Positions 1 to 12,700 of a DNA stretch of 64,000 bases are shown here, piece by piece. Within the stretch, counting starts at the first letter, position 1, and every line of letters begins with the position of its first letter. Made by a program: the position numbers and the translations under genes. Source of the DNA: Corallochytrium limacisporum Hawaii (Eukaryota > Protista > Pluriformea); NCBI GenBank assembly GCA_002811645.1, contig PDIP01000004.1, forward strand, positions 152,929 to 216,928, written 5' to 3'. The notes under the pieces are model-generated. The model made no database searches. It saw only the letters and a list, made by a program, of their open reading frames with translations, and was not told where the DNA came from.

Positions 1-1110
1 CATGAGGGCGTAGCCGTGGACCCAGCCGAAAGGATGAGGGAAATCAGCGTTGAGCAGCATGCGAGTGTAGTGGGCAATGCGACCCTTCAGCAGGGACTGC
101 AGGACCTTGACCAAGAGGATCAGAGAGCCGGTCAGCATGATAAGAGCCAGGAACAGAGTCAAGACACCCTGGGTCACATCGTCAGATTGAGAGCAGGTAG
201 GCTCGTAAGTCTCGGGGTCACAGTCAGGGTCGGATTCACACTTGTCTTCCAGGGACACGATGCACTCACCAGCCCAGTCGCACCAGATGGAATCCTTGAC
301 CATGCATTGATCGCGCAGAGCATCGGCCTCCTCGTCAGTCTCAGCCTGAGCAATGGCCTTGATGAGCTTCTTGTTGACCTGAACAATCTTCTTGGAGACA
401 GGGGAAGTAATCTTCTTCAAGAAGTCCTCGTCCTCGGACTGATCGTCGTCAGTAATACCCATGGAATCAACCATTGCCTCGCACATCAGACCCAGGAAGT
501 TAGTGGCCGCCTGGATGGGCAGCAGAACCAGTACGTTCAGGAAGTTGAACATGTCGTGGACGGTGGATCCAGCGAAGGCACGGCGGAATTCATTGACCTC
601 ACCGGCGTGACCCATGGACACAATGGTGTTGGTGACAGTGGTACCAATGTTGGCACCCATGATCATGGGAACGGCCTGGCGCAGGGTCAAAAGGTCGGAA
701 CCACGCATGGAGATAATAATAGAAGTGGAGGTAGAAGAAGACTGGACCAGCACCGTGACAAGCACACCAAGCATAAGGCCAGCGAAGGGGTTGTCAAAGA
801 TCTCTGACTCGCGGAAGGCAGAGCCGGCAGTCTTGGAACCAAGGATCTTGAAAGCATCGGACAGGAGACCCAGGGATAGAACGAAAATGTACAGGAAACC
901 GAGCACAAAGGCGAGCTTGAGGATAGCGGTGAAGACGCGCAGGACCTTGCCCTTGGCATCGAGGTCAGCCCAGGGGGTACCGAGCTCGGAGTTGAATGCG
1001 ACGTTCCATGGGTCCTCCTCAAGCTCTTCGTCCATCATCTTCTTCTCATCGACGACGGGAGCCTCAGGGGCCAGATCCACGATCTGGTCATCAGCTGTTT
1101 GGGGAGCCAT
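1..1110 (-). CDS. SLC34A: Na+/phosphate cotransporter, SLC34 (NaPi-II/NptA) family, paralogue 1; 3' end lies beyond the window start
   Basis: Missing from the ORF track because its stop is outside the window. Translated by hand from the ATG at 1110: MAPQTADDQIVDLAPEAP...LVQSSSTSTSIIISM...PMIMGANIGTTVTNTIVS...FRRAFAGSTVHD...HPFGWVHGYALM. 370 open codons, colinear with the other two copies. The symbol is family-level only. Confidence 0.95.
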   Translation of the reverse strand, partial: MAPQTADDQIVDLAPEAPVVDEKKMMDEELEEDPWNVAFNSELGTPWADLDAKGKVLRVFTAILKLAFVLGFLYIFVLSLGLLSDAFKILGSKTAGSAFRESEIFDNPFAGLMLGVLVTVLVQSSSTSTSIIISMRGSDLLTLRQAVPMIMGANIGTTVTNTIVSMGHAGEVNEFRRAFAGSTVHDMFNFLNVLVLLPIQAATNFLGLMCEAMVDSMGITDDDQSEDEDFLKKITSPVSKKIVQVNKKLIKAIAQAETDEEADALRDQCMVKDSIWCDWAGECIVSLEDKCESDPDCDPETYEPTCSQSDDVTQGVLTLFLALIMLTGSLILLVKVLQSLLKGRIAHYTRMLLNADFPHPFGWVHGYALM

Positions 1111-1301
1111 AGTGATTGCTGGTTGTTTTCGAAAAAGAACTTGACCGAAAACAAAAACTGTCGGGAAAGAGAGAACTTAAGAGAACAAAGCAAGTGGCAG
1201 AAAATGGGTTGCTAAATTTCCCGGAGTCTGTAGCTACAACAGAACTATTGCCTACTGAAGATTTGGCAAAATGCCTATGGGCACCATTGATCAGGTCGTC
1301 A

Positions 1302-1312
1302 TTTAAATACCC
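1302..1312 (-). promoter_or_regulatory. GGGTATTTAAA TATA-like upstream element of SLC34 paralogue 1
   Basis: About 190 nt upstream of the ATG; the same decamer precedes all three SLC34 copies although the surrounding sequence is not alignable by eye. Confidence 0.55.
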
Positions 1313-4300
1313 GACATACACCACAAAATCGCGGAACTAAACTCAACGGCCTTCATCATGTCCCACTTTCTTAAGGGGTGAAAGGGAAATTCAATTGCTA
1401 GGAGAGAGCCTCTGACGACGAAGTCCCCCCCTTCTCACTTCCCCCAAAACCCAACACACCCGAAAAAAGACAAGCCAGGGGGAATATAGGCCAATGAAGA
1501 CGACCCGCGATGGGGAGGGGAAGGAGGAATCGCAGAAAACTAGAGCCCACTCGTTCTACCCCCCCCCCCCCCGGGGGGGGGNNNNNNNNNNNNNNNNNNN
1601 NNNNNNNNNNNNNNNNNNNNNNNNNNNNNNNNNNNNNNNNNNNNNNNNNNNNNNNNNNNNNNNNNNNNNNNNNNNNNNNNNNNNNNNNNNNNNNNNNNNN
1701 NNNNNNNCCCCCCCCCCCCCCGGGGGGGCGGGGCGGTTCGACTCTTTTGAGTTCGAGCGGTATTCCATACTGTCTGACCGACACATTTTCGTTTTTACTG
1801 TTGGAAAGTTGAACGGAACTGAAGGAACAGTGAGGAGAAAAGCCGGTCCCATGGAAAGCAAGGAGGGGAAGGGAGAGAGGGAGAGGTGGGCCTATGTGTT
1901 GGTGGTGGCGCCAGAAAACTGAAACCAAACAGTGCGTAGAAACACACCTTGAAGAGGCGTATGAGCGATAAGGAGTGTCACTTACCAACGACACTTTCTT
2001 CTTCCACGACAAACCCGCCTTGTAGCACTCCATGTTGAGACGGCCGAACACGGCTCGACGAACAACAGATCGTGCACAGCTGGAATAAAGTATAGTATGA
2101 CCCGTAAGCGAATAATCTCTTTGGTGTAGCGCTTGTGGAAAGTTGGTGTGAATCGCATACCAGGTCAACCCTTTCCCCCTTTCCCCTTGAGAAGAGTGAT
2201 GACCATGGTGAGCGATGTGACCAAAGGAGGAGCGATCTATACAAAAGACGTGCAGAGTTGTGCCATATGGAAAATAGGCAGAGGACAGACATACCCGTTT
2301 TAACATCTTCGCTCAGAGCAGACGGAGATATGCAAAGGGCAGTACTCTCCGAGCATGTTCGGACCATGTTCTGAAAACACAGAGAGGGAGAAATGCCCAC
2401 ATAATGGCCTGAAAAGCACCGAGAAAGACTGCAAGGAACAGCGTTTATGCAAGCATTCCTCGGTTTCTTCAGCTCTCTTACAGCGCTGCGCGTTGCGCGT
2501 TTTGGCAGATCTTCGGGTAATGTTATGTAGCATCTCTGTATATCCCCGCACATTGTGTATATACTATTACAAAGCCCCAAATCGGGTACGTATATTTGTT
2601 CCCTGTTTCCTTGCCGCCTCTGTGCCGTGCGCGCACGCGGGCACCCCTTCTCCCTGGCACCGATCACCGGGAGAGCAGCAAAAGACGATGATTCTTGGTA
2701 GCCGATTGCATCCGAAATCCCCATATATTTAGTATATGAAGTGATCCATAGAATCTCTNNNNNNNNNNNNNNNNNNNNNNNNNNNNNNNNNNNNNNNNNN
2801 NNNNNCCCCCCCCCCCCCCCAAACAGAGGGTTTTCGGCCGGACATAAGCGCGGAAGGGAGCCCATAGAATGTTGGCCGTGCTGAGAGCTGCCCCTCACAC
2901 TTTAAAATTGTCCCCGGTCATTTTCCGTGACCTCACAACTCCTTATGTTCAGTACTGTAGCAGTCGCTTGGTAATAATACGCGAGGGGGGTGGGGAGGCG
3001 GGAGCGGTTGGGGGAGGGGGGGAAATTGTTGTATGAACGTAATTTGTGGGGGCAGATGGACTGGACGAGGAAATGGTCAAGATCAGTACAGGACGGTAAC
3101 AATGGGAGATGTCCGAAGGGACCGGCTGAATATGGTCCATGTATTTTATATAGCGAAAAACCGGCGGCGTGCTGGTATCCAGAGTGGGGGGATGCCAGGG
3201 CTTGTGCGGGATTGTGTGGCAACGGGTCCTCCAACAAGGGAGATTGGAGATCAATGTTCATAGTGAAGATACTGACATCTAGAAAGGCATCAGCGGTAAA
3301 CAGATTAGCCAAAGCTCAGGGGTTGGCAGCAGCGTAGACTTCTTTTGCACGAATTGTGGAATCACCAACCGCCAGTTCCAATCTTACCTGCCTCTGTATC
3401 GTTTGCTCCCCTTACATCATACGAAGATACTCAATATGTTCAAGTCCTCGTAAACAATGAGAGTGTAATGAACAAACCATCTGGATGATGGGCCCGCAGT
3501 CATACCTTCCACCAGCATACCCAACCTGTGTTTCTTTCCATCAATTAAGGGTGCGCACAATCGCAAAGAACCTGTTCATAAAAGACATGTGACACCGGCC
3601 GGTTCCGCCGGGTCCAATTGCAAATCGCCAGATTGACATACAGCGAATGGGAACAGCTTTCGAAAGAAGACCCATGTAGGACAACCTTTGTTTATCTGGT
3701 AATGAAAAACTCCATTCTGGACGGCAGCTTTCAATGTACCGAGCGATAGTTCATATCAAGGTCTCGCTGTGCTTAGATCACAGTTCCCTATCTACGTTAT
3801 TGCCAGACTGTTTGCCTGCTGGGGGACCGAGTGCATTCGTATTGCGTATTCTAGCGTTCCAGCCAGCCCCTTTCACGAACACATCCCATTCCAACGTGCA
3901 TGTGTACACAAGGCATTCTACAGTTACTGTGTCACTTCCCGCTGACTTTTGGTAGAATAAACAACGGATGGAGGAAGCTCAGACCACCATGGTACAAAGA
4001 TGGACGAGAAGAGCAGTACGCATTCCATTTGTGCAGGACATGGAGCCACTATGTGCGATGTCAAGCGTCGAGTCGACACTCAGCACTGAGGGGAACGGTC
4101 GGAACCGGCCAGCTGCTGGCTCCGGTCGGGTCCCTTAGTTCGTCATCATCATGGGACCAGATCAGCAGCAGACACCAGCAGTTGCAATCGCTACTAGCCA
4201 CTACAGCTGCTAGTAGCCACTGCTTGTGTTGCATGTAGTTAGTGTGCTTGCGTAGTTGTCGGGGTTGAGAAGATCTCATCCATCCCGAACCGGACTTGTC

Positions 4301-7300
4301 TTGGAACTGTGCCCATAGTCTCGGACACACAGCTAGGCACAGACACACTTCAACCCCGACAATACTGCAAGATACATATGATGCTCACGGACAGCAGGAT
4401 TCTGCTCATTCAAATCGACCATTGTCGAATTTCCTACGATGAGGGGCACCAGACAATAAGGAGGGACGGGCCCCCTTCTGAATTTCCCTTATTCTTCTAC
4501 ATTGTCGCTTCAAAACTCTAGGTTTCGAAAAACGTCGAGCTTGATTTCGGATGCGTGCTCAAGAGAGCATACAGTGCGTATCAAGTAGGCGGGTCTGTCA
4601 TTCCCATGCAAGGGCTTTGCGGGATCCGTATTGGACAAGAAAGTGACTCTGAGCGTCTTACCGTGTGTGGGTGGTTCTTCCCTCCCAAGATGTCCCGGAC
4701 ATGCTGGGCATCGTGGGGAATTCATTTCTTTAAGCCACAGGATTTGCCAACCTTGCTCGGTCTACCAGAGGGGCGAAGACCTATCTTTTAAATGTCCCAA
4801 TCCTTCTGTGATAGATCGCATTGTATTCCCCATAGCTGGCTTTGGCTATTGGACAGGATGACCAAGCATCTTCGCGTTGGATAGAAGAGTACTGCAGGGA
4901 GCAGAAGAAGATGAGCTGTGGATGCTCGTGGCAGTCTTGTCGGCTTACCTTCGTACGATTGCAAGCTCGGGAATTCCCCATACTTGTCCAGGTCGCCAAC
5001 GAACCAAGCCATAAATCCCCCCTGTATCCCCACCGCCCTACCCTAATTAGTACCCCCCAGCCACGGTCGCCTCATACTTCCCTCTCTCTCTCTCTCCTAG
5101 TCTCTGATCGTCCCCTTCTTTCTCGCCTTCTGGAACTCCCCCCATACCTCCTTCCGTTCTCCCAGAATCGGCTCTCTTTCTCGGGATATGTCCCAAATTG
5201 CTCTGCGATCTTCCGTACTGCACAGCACATCCTTCAAGAACCCGCCTTTAAATCCCTGAATTGACGAACCAAAACCCCCCCCCACCCTCCGTTCCTTCTT
5301 ATTCCCCGTGCTGGGGACGCTTTCGGAGACGAGGTGAACTGAGAAGGAAACACAAGATTCGCTGTGAGTCAAAAAGTCGGCAGGGCAAATGCACGAGCTC
5401 TTCTTCAACCCGGGGTGTTAGATTTCATATATTCAAATCAATAAATCAATGTCGTCTAAATCTAGTCTTTATGTAAAAGCATTTCATCGATCATCACAGG
5501 TTTTGAATTCCTTCACACATTTGCCGCCTTGGAAATATGTGATTCAAATTGAAGATTCTGAATCCCCGTTCTCGACCGGGTCCGTTTACGAAGTGGCGTT
5601 CATATCTACCAGAGTGAACGTAGGATATCTGCCGGTCGCGAAGATGAGCTAGAGCTGGGTATCTGCACTCCGGGAGATAATCTAAAAAGCAGCGTTTGTA
5701 AAGAGGCAGATTTTGGACTGCTTAGTTGGAAAATACGACCATGCGAGATATTCTACAACTGAAAGCGCGGGGTCATGATGACGAAATCGTGCCCATCAGT
5801 CTGCGAAGCATGCAAGCAAACATAGGCACACAGGTCCAGAAACTGTTGGGGGGGGGNNNNNNNNNNNNNNNNNNNNNNNNNNNNNNNNNNNNNNNNNNNN
5901 NNNNNNNNNNNNNNNNNNNNNNNNNNNNNNNNNNNNNNNNNNNNNNNNNNNNNNNNNNNNNNNNNNNNNNNNNNNNNNNNNNNNNNNNNNNNNNNNNNNN
6001 NNNNNNNNNNNNNNNNNNNNNNNNNNNNNNNNNNNNNNNNNNNNNNNNNNNNNNNNNNNNNNNNNNNNNNNNNNGGGGGGGGAGGGGAGGGGGGACGTAT
6101 TCAAAGAAGAGATACGGCTGGTGGTAGAGATAGCAAGACATACAAATTTTCTTGTCCCAGGGTGGAGGGGGGGGGGGGGATTGGGCTTTTGGACAAAGTA
6201 TCTCCCCCTTCTCGCTGTGCAGAAGGGAGAACCCAAGCGGCCTTTGTTCAGGGAGTTTTTCGGTGCGGTCCGTGGCGGGGGCTGCTGGTATCCCGGGCAG
6301 GCCGTCATAAAAAATCGATGAAAATACCTGGGAGCAAAGCGGAGGAGAGATAAGCGAGAAGGTCTGACTTCTCGGGCCCGGTCGGGACGCGGAGCTGACA
6401 AGCGACGCGAAAATTACAAAATGGGGCCCTTTGTGTATACCCGGTGAATGGGGATTTATGCAGGAAACGGAAGAAAGAAACCCGGTTACACGAAGACGTG
6501 CCGCAACCAAACCCACGATCACCGGCGAAATCATGTACCCCCGAGACGAAGTCCTAGCCTGACAGTGCGGAAGGTACTCCTGCCTGAGAAAAAGACGGCC
6601 GACCTGAATCAAGTCAATTTCAAGCAACTAGACAAGCGAAAGAGCCACAGTCCTCGAAGACGAGTCCCCGTGATTGTGAGAAGAAAGAGATAACCTCATC
6701 GTTACCACGGTAGACATACGTAGCACTACTCCGGTACGGGTGAAACGAGAAGCAAAGATGGGCCCTGCCAGAAAGCCACACTGTCAATCCCGAGGCAAAT
6801 CCTTGCCGCCGCAGCGATCTGGAGGAGGAGCCAAGACAACCAGCCGGTAAAACTGGACTCCTGATTTCAGTGTGGAGAGCTCTCTGTGCTGTGGAGAGCT
6901 ACGTGCGGTCCAAATGAACCTGCTGAGCAGCGTTGACGCGATGAACATTATCGTATCATGGCCCGAGATCGAAGAACGGCAGCTGTACATCGCCGTCGGC
7001 GAGTGGCCCTGGCCAACTCTTTGTGCAGCTCTCCATGGCCTCAACCGTGCTGCCAAGGTTGTGATGTGGCACTTTCAATACGAAACAGAGGTTCCCTCTG
7101 GGCCCAACCCCCCCAAAACCCCCTGGCCTCCCCGGGCGCCTGCTCTCAAACTTGCCACCCTCCGCATTCGGGGCGCCAAAGAAGGTTCGTGGTGAGCTGG
7201 CAGTCGAGATCGTCAACCTCCATAATACGGGAATGGATTCGTAGTAGCGCCGTGAGCAAGTGAACATTTGAGTTGCGAAAGTTTGCTGCGTGCATGGGAT

Positions 7301-7861
7301 GAGATGCTGAGCAAAATACTGAAAAAGATAGGGGGACCGAATGGAGATTTTGCGACTGTTTGTGAACATCACAATAAGCCACTGACACCGGTTCGCGATA
7401 TAATTGCCAATCTGTTTCGTTTCGCGGAGCAAAATTTGTGCACGATCACTCTTTTGACCGAATGGCCATCGTAAAGTTTGACAGGTGCGCACTGTGCACT
7501 CCTCATGCGAGCATCCGAAAGATCCACATCCGGTGCTGCCCCAGAAATACCGGATCTGCAGGTTCAACAAACCCGCCCCGCGTCATGTGCCAAGCGGGTC
7601 AATCTCAGTGGTTGTTTGATGAAACTCACCTGGCAAATGCCCCATTGGAGCAGGAATAGGGAGGATTTATCCAGAATAAGAAAATTGGTGATTCTTTATG
7701 ACATATATTGCGGTCTACTCGTGCGGGTCAGTAAAGATCATCTCAGTTGGAGCTATATACTTTCTAAGTGGATGTGAAGAGTTGAACATGAGGGCGAACT
7801 GTTGAGAGGTACTGTGATGATCGTTGTTTGTACAATTTTGACAAACCTAGAACCACACGAA

Positions 7862-9604
7862 TTACTCTTGTTCGGTGTGGGTTTTTGTAGCAGCCTGGCC
7901 CTTGGGGGCGCCGCATGTACACTTGCTGCTCATCCTGTCCAGGGCCTCAACAGTGCTGGAGGCCCAGTTTCGCATGGGATACCAAGAGAGATCCTGTAGC
8001 CAAGAGGGCATCTTCTCCATGTGGTGCTTGCGCCCGTGGTGGACACCAATATGAACCAGCACGATCAGCACAACGGGAACAACGACACCAGTGAAGACCT
8101 CCCAGCCAGCCAGGGACAGGCCAAAGAGGGCAGCGGGGATGATTAGGAAGGTGGTAAGAATATAGAACAGAGGGAACCAACGGTATTTGGCGGTAATGTT
8201 ACCCATCTTACGGGCGGCGCTAATGGGAATATTGCGCATCACAGGCAGAGGATACCAGATCAGGATACCAATGAGGTTGAACCACAGATGGGTGAAGGCC
8301 AAGACCAGAGAGTTCTCAATGGCCTCGCCACCGTCCTGAGACAGAGCAGCCAAGATAGAGGTGAACGTGGTACCCACATTAGATCCGAGCGTCATGGGGT
8401 ACATCTTCTCCAGAGACAGAATACCGATGGCGACGAAAGGCACAAAGGAAGACGTGAAGACGGAGGAAGACTGCAACAGAATGGTGCCACCCAGACCGAA
8501 CAACATGAGGACGTAGCCGTGGACCCAGCCGAAGGGATGAGGGAAGTCAGCGTTGAGCAGGACACGAGTGTAGTGGGCAATGCGGCCCTTCAGCAGAGAC
8601 TGCAGCACCTTGACAACAAGAATCAGGGAACCAGACAACATGAAGAGGGCGAGGAGAAGGGTCAAAACACCTTGGGTGACATCATCAGACTGTGAGCAGG
8701 TAGGTTCATAGGTGTCGGGGTCACAGCTGGGGTCAGACTCACAACTGTCCTCCAATGACTTGATACACTCGCCTGCCCAGTCGCACCAGATGGATTCCTC
8801 AACCATGCACTGTTCACGGAGGGCATCAGCCTCTTCCGTGGTATCAGCCTTGGCAATTTCAGTGATCAATTTCTTGTTGACCTGAACAATCTTCTCAGTA
8901 ACAGGCTTGGTCAGTTTGTTCAGGAAATCGACATCTTCCGTCTGAGAATCATCGGTGATGTTAAAAGAATCAACCATAGCCTCACACATGAGACCAAGGA
9001 AGTTAGTGGCAGCCTGGATAGGCAACAGGACCAGCACGTTCAAGAAGTTGAACAAGTCGTGGACTGTAGAACCGGCAAAGGCACGGCGGAACTCGTTGGG
9101 ATCACCAACGTGACCCATGGACACAATGGTATTGGTGACAGAAGTACCAATGTTAGCACCCATGATCATGGGAACGGCCTGGCGAAGAGTCATCAGATCG
9201 GCACCACGCATAGAAACAATAATAGAGGTGGAAGTGGAAGAAGACTGGACCAGGACAGTGACGAGAATACCCAGCATGAGACCGGCGATGGGGTTGTCGA
9301 AGATGTCAGACTCACGGAAGGCGGAGCCGGCAGTCTTGGAACCGAGGATCTTGAAAGCATCGGACAAAAGACCGAGAGCAATGATAAAGATGTACAGAAA
9401 ACCAATGACCAGACAGAGCTTCATCAGAGCCTCAAAGAGACGCATGAACTTGCCCTTGGTATCAAGATCACTCCAGGGAGTGCCCAATTCGGAGTGGAAG
9501 GCAACGTGCCAGGGATCTTCCTCCTCCAGGTCCTCCTTGGTCTTGTCGTCGGTGGCCGGCACAGAGTACATGTCCACCACCTCAACTTCAGCTTGGGGCG
9601 CCAT
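7862..9604 (-). CDS. SLC34A: Na+/phosphate cotransporter, SLC34 family, paralogue 2 (580 aa)
   Basis: Both inverted-repeat QSSS motifs (LVQSSSTSTS, LLQSSSVFTS), GANIGTSVTNT, RRAFAGSTVHD, YPMTLGSNVGTT, AKYRWF. Start set at the ATG at 9604 (MAPQAE) to match the paralogues; the ORF-track start at 9685 is a non-ATG codon. Confidence 0.97.
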   Translation of the reverse strand: MAPQAEVEVVDMYSVPATDDKTKEDLEEEDPWHVAFHSELGTPWSDLDTKGKFMRLFEALMKLCLVIGFLYIFIIALGLLSDAFKILGSKTAGSAFRESDIFDNPIAGLMLGILVTVLVQSSSTSTSIIVSMRGADLMTLRQAVPMIMGANIGTSVTNTIVSMGHVGDPNEFRRAFAGSTVHDLFNFLNVLVLLPIQAATNFLGLMCEAMVDSFNITDDSQTEDVDFLNKLTKPVTEKIVQVNKKLITEIAKADTTEEADALREQCMVEESIWCDWAGECIKSLEDSCESDPSCDPDTYEPTCSQSDDVTQGVLTLLLALFMLSGSLILVVKVLQSLLKGRIAHYTRVLLNADFPHPFGWVHGYVLMLFGLGGTILLQSSSVFTSSFVPFVAIGILSLEKMYPMTLGSNVGTTFTSILAALSQDGGEAIENSLVLAFTHLWFNLIGILIWYPLPVMRNIPISAARKMGNITAKYRWFPLFYILTTFLIIPAALFGLSLAGWEVFTGVVVPVVLIVLVHIGVHHGRKHHMEKMPSWLQDLSWYPMRNWASSTVEALDRMSSKCTCGAPKGQAATKTHTEQE

Positions 9605-9752
9605 GTTTGATTTTCTGTTAAAGTCTTTCCTTAACGGAAGTAGCTGATTCTGATGGTGAGTTTTTGTGGACTTCCATATGTCCAAGAACTAGTGTATTGA
9701 GCTGTGGCCATCGTGCCTTGAACCTTCAATTGTTCAGAGATCTCATTTCTTC

Positions 9753-9762
9753 TTAAATACCC
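9753..9762 (-). promoter_or_regulatory. GGGTATTTAA TATA-like upstream element of SLC34 paralogue 2
   Basis: About 150 nt upstream of the ATG; identical decamer in the three paralogues. Confidence 0.55.
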
Positions 9763-12700
9763 GGGATGGATAGAGCTTATCTCGTATACTTCCCCATTGT
9801 TTAGCTAGTTGGTGACGCGTTGGTGAGGAAACGCGCCCATACGAGTTTCGAATCTCTATCAGCCATGGCGCAAACCTTCCATTTATCCCCCCAAGATTGG
9901 ATTCACCCAAGCTCGGGAAAAGCCCCAAGGGTGAGGTACCATTGCCCCCTTACACAGCCACAGCATCCGCTGTCATCCAGGGATATATTACAAGCGCAAT
10001 AAAGGCCTTACTCATCTTTCATCTTTGACGACGCTTTGGATGGGTCCTCATATCCAATCTCACTGCGTGGCTGTCCACTTCATCGAAGACCTCCTTTTGG
10101 TCAGTCAGTTGACCTTTTCCCCTCCCCTGAGGGCGGGGCGGGGGTTCGAAGTCTCCGCTTGAGTGCGAACCACACGGGGTTCAACAGATTCGCAAGCCGT
10201 GAATCTCAATTGCAAACCCGTAGATTAGGAACCCACGAAGGATCCGAGTGACTGATGATACACGTTCCCTGGAGCATGCAAACAGTCCTGTTCAATCTGG
10301 TGTTGGACCAGCACATGCCCTATCCAAGACCTTCCCCTTCCTCGCGGACTTCTATGCAAACACTCTTATGCTCATTTAAGTTCCGGCTAATGATTACGAA
10401 GTGCAAACCATAGTTAAGGTGTGGGGATGTGACAGAGATGGACAGCTCTCGAAGACATATCCTTATCCATCTTGCCCGTCTCTGCAAAGGGCCGTCAGGG
10501 TCGTTTGTGTGACGGAGGTTATGTCATGGCCCATGCCCTTCGCGCACAGAGGCTCCGTGCTGCAACTGCTGCTTCCACCCGCCCACCAAACTTCCGAACG
10601 GTTACACACACGGGTCCACCCCACCCCCCCCCCTCCTTTGGCTTTTCCCGGCCCCCCATCATTTTTTTTTCCTATATTATAATATCTCCCCTTTCTCCGC
10701 GAAAAGCCCGTTCCGGACCTTCGGGGCCATCCTGGCGGGACCTTACCATCTCTGTCTAGAGACAGAAGTCCTTACAGCTCTGTGTATTGCGGATGGTAGG
10801 GACAGGGTGTGTACCGTCTGTAGGTCTAAGTGGTTGTGGTGGTGATGATCCTGATGGAGCAAGGAGTTCTGAAAATTTTATGTATGGGCACATCCTCCTT
10901 TGGTTTCTACTTGGACATAGTGAAATCCATTGGGTGATGCCCATGCATTCATTGGTGATGCTGAGTGTAGGGTTTGGATTCAACGTCTACCAGCCTTGTT
11001 TGGGAATCGCGGTGCATTGTGTGATGAGAAGACACGGGCGCGTAGCTTCGGACACGGGGATGGTGACCAACACGTTTTGATACCGTTGAGGGATGTACAT
11101 ACGATGCCCATCCAAGAGACACTTTTAAGTGGCGGCGGTGAGTCTTTCAGTTCCTTGATTACCGTCAGAAACATCACAGTACCGGCCCCTGGCTCTCATC
11201 CGCCTTTCCCCACATGAACCTACCATGTGTCTTGTGAACAAACAGAATAGGAGTGGGCGAGCGGGACCAAGTTTTAAAGCACCGTTCGATGTCCCCCGTT
11301 CAAGGACTGTAATTTTGAGGTATCTATCGATCAGTAGCCTGGCTTCAACTGCATCCTTTCTTGACATGGGAGCTGCTGGTTGATGTCGTGCCACGGTGTG
11401 GCATCACTGATCCCTTGTTGCGTGGTTAGTTTGTGGTGTACTCTTCCCTCCTTTCTCCTCCTTCCTCCTTTTTTTTTTTTTTTTTTTTTTGGAATTCATT
11501 CCCCAGTGACGGTGGTTTTCCCCATTTTAATCCCTTGCACTCTTGTAGTCCGTCGAGAGTAGAAGAAGTCTTAAAGCGGAAGAATGAAGAATTCTGTGTC
11601 CGCGTGCAAAAGAATGGAGAAGGACGACGAAGATGCGCGGTCGAGTCTCCTTGTCCCCTATCAATTGCGATGGTACTGCGGACACACTCTCTGTAGTGCA
11701 AGCATCCGCTGGTATAGGAAAGACTGGGATGTTATGCACAGGCTCAGGATGATGTTTCCATGCTTAGATTGACGACGTGATCATAGTCACTTGAAAGAAG
11801 GGTGGTCGCGTAGGATATATGTGCCGGGTGCCTGACGTTCGTTCGCATCCACCCCACCCGCGGTTCCGAGATTAACTGTTCCTTGTGTTTCAACTTCCGT
11901 TTGTGCCCGTTCGCTCGTTCCAGCTTCTTTTCACAATACCGAATCTGCACGGACCTAGTGTGTGCCTTTTGTCAATGCGTCGCCGCCGGATCGCGCACAG
12001 CAAGAATTTAGTGGACACGTCCGGGCAACTGGGCTTTACGGGAGATTTCCGCGTGGAAAGGTCGGCCCCAAAGACTTCGGACACGAACAGCGGTATTGGG
12101 GGAGCTTTTAAACCCCCCCCCCCCCTCTTTGCCCCCCCTTCCCGACGCCCCTGAACCCCGGGGGTAGGAAAATACAGGGCTGAGCAATGGCTGTCCTGTA
12201 CAGTGTGATATGTGGTCAATCTGTTTACGTATTTTTTTGTCCTAGTGTGGCTTGACCTGCAGCGCTGGAGGACAAAGCGGAGGAACTCCCCGCCCGGGGA
12301 GGGGGGGGGAAGGAGAACCAACTCTGCCCCCCCCCCCCCCAAAAAAAAAAAAAANNNNNNNNNNNNNNNNNNNNNNNNNNNNNNNNNNNNNNNNNNNNNN
12401 NCGGCCCCAAAGACTTCGGACACGAACAGCGGTATTGGGGGAGCTTTTAAACACCCCCCCCCCAAATAAAAGTAAAACAAAAAGAAATCTTGGAAGTGTA
12501 ATATGGCTGGTAGACAGTAGTACCAAATCCATAGTGACCGACCCTAACCCGCTTCGGGCCAATCGCTGAATTACAACTTTCAAAATTCACTTTCCTTCAG
12601 ACGTTGTCGCGGCTGACGTGGTCGACACGCTTCAGGATGAAGCTGATTAGGAGAGTTTTTTTTTTCCTTCGTCTTTTACACCTTATCACAGAGGTGCAGG

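Noticed and set aside
16-1144. Long + strand ORFs (16-807, 614-1144; also 9059-9647, 15738-17252, 16954-17550, 55258-55887)
   Set aside because: Antisense shadows of the SLC34 and sugar-porter genes. They recur in each paralogue because of codon bias and carry no protein motifs.
1558-1728. C(n)G(n) palindromic runs here and near 18108, 25159, 31238 and 58737 as a hairpin or G-quadruplex element family
   Set aside because: They abut gaps or sit in homopolymer-rich stretches typical of low-quality contig ends, and share no flanking sequence. They cannot be separated from sequencing artefact without reads.
12063-12452. ~50-bp direct repeat (12063 and 12402)
   Set aside because: The second copy starts exactly at the end of an N gap, so this is most likely a contig-overlap or gap-filling artefact.
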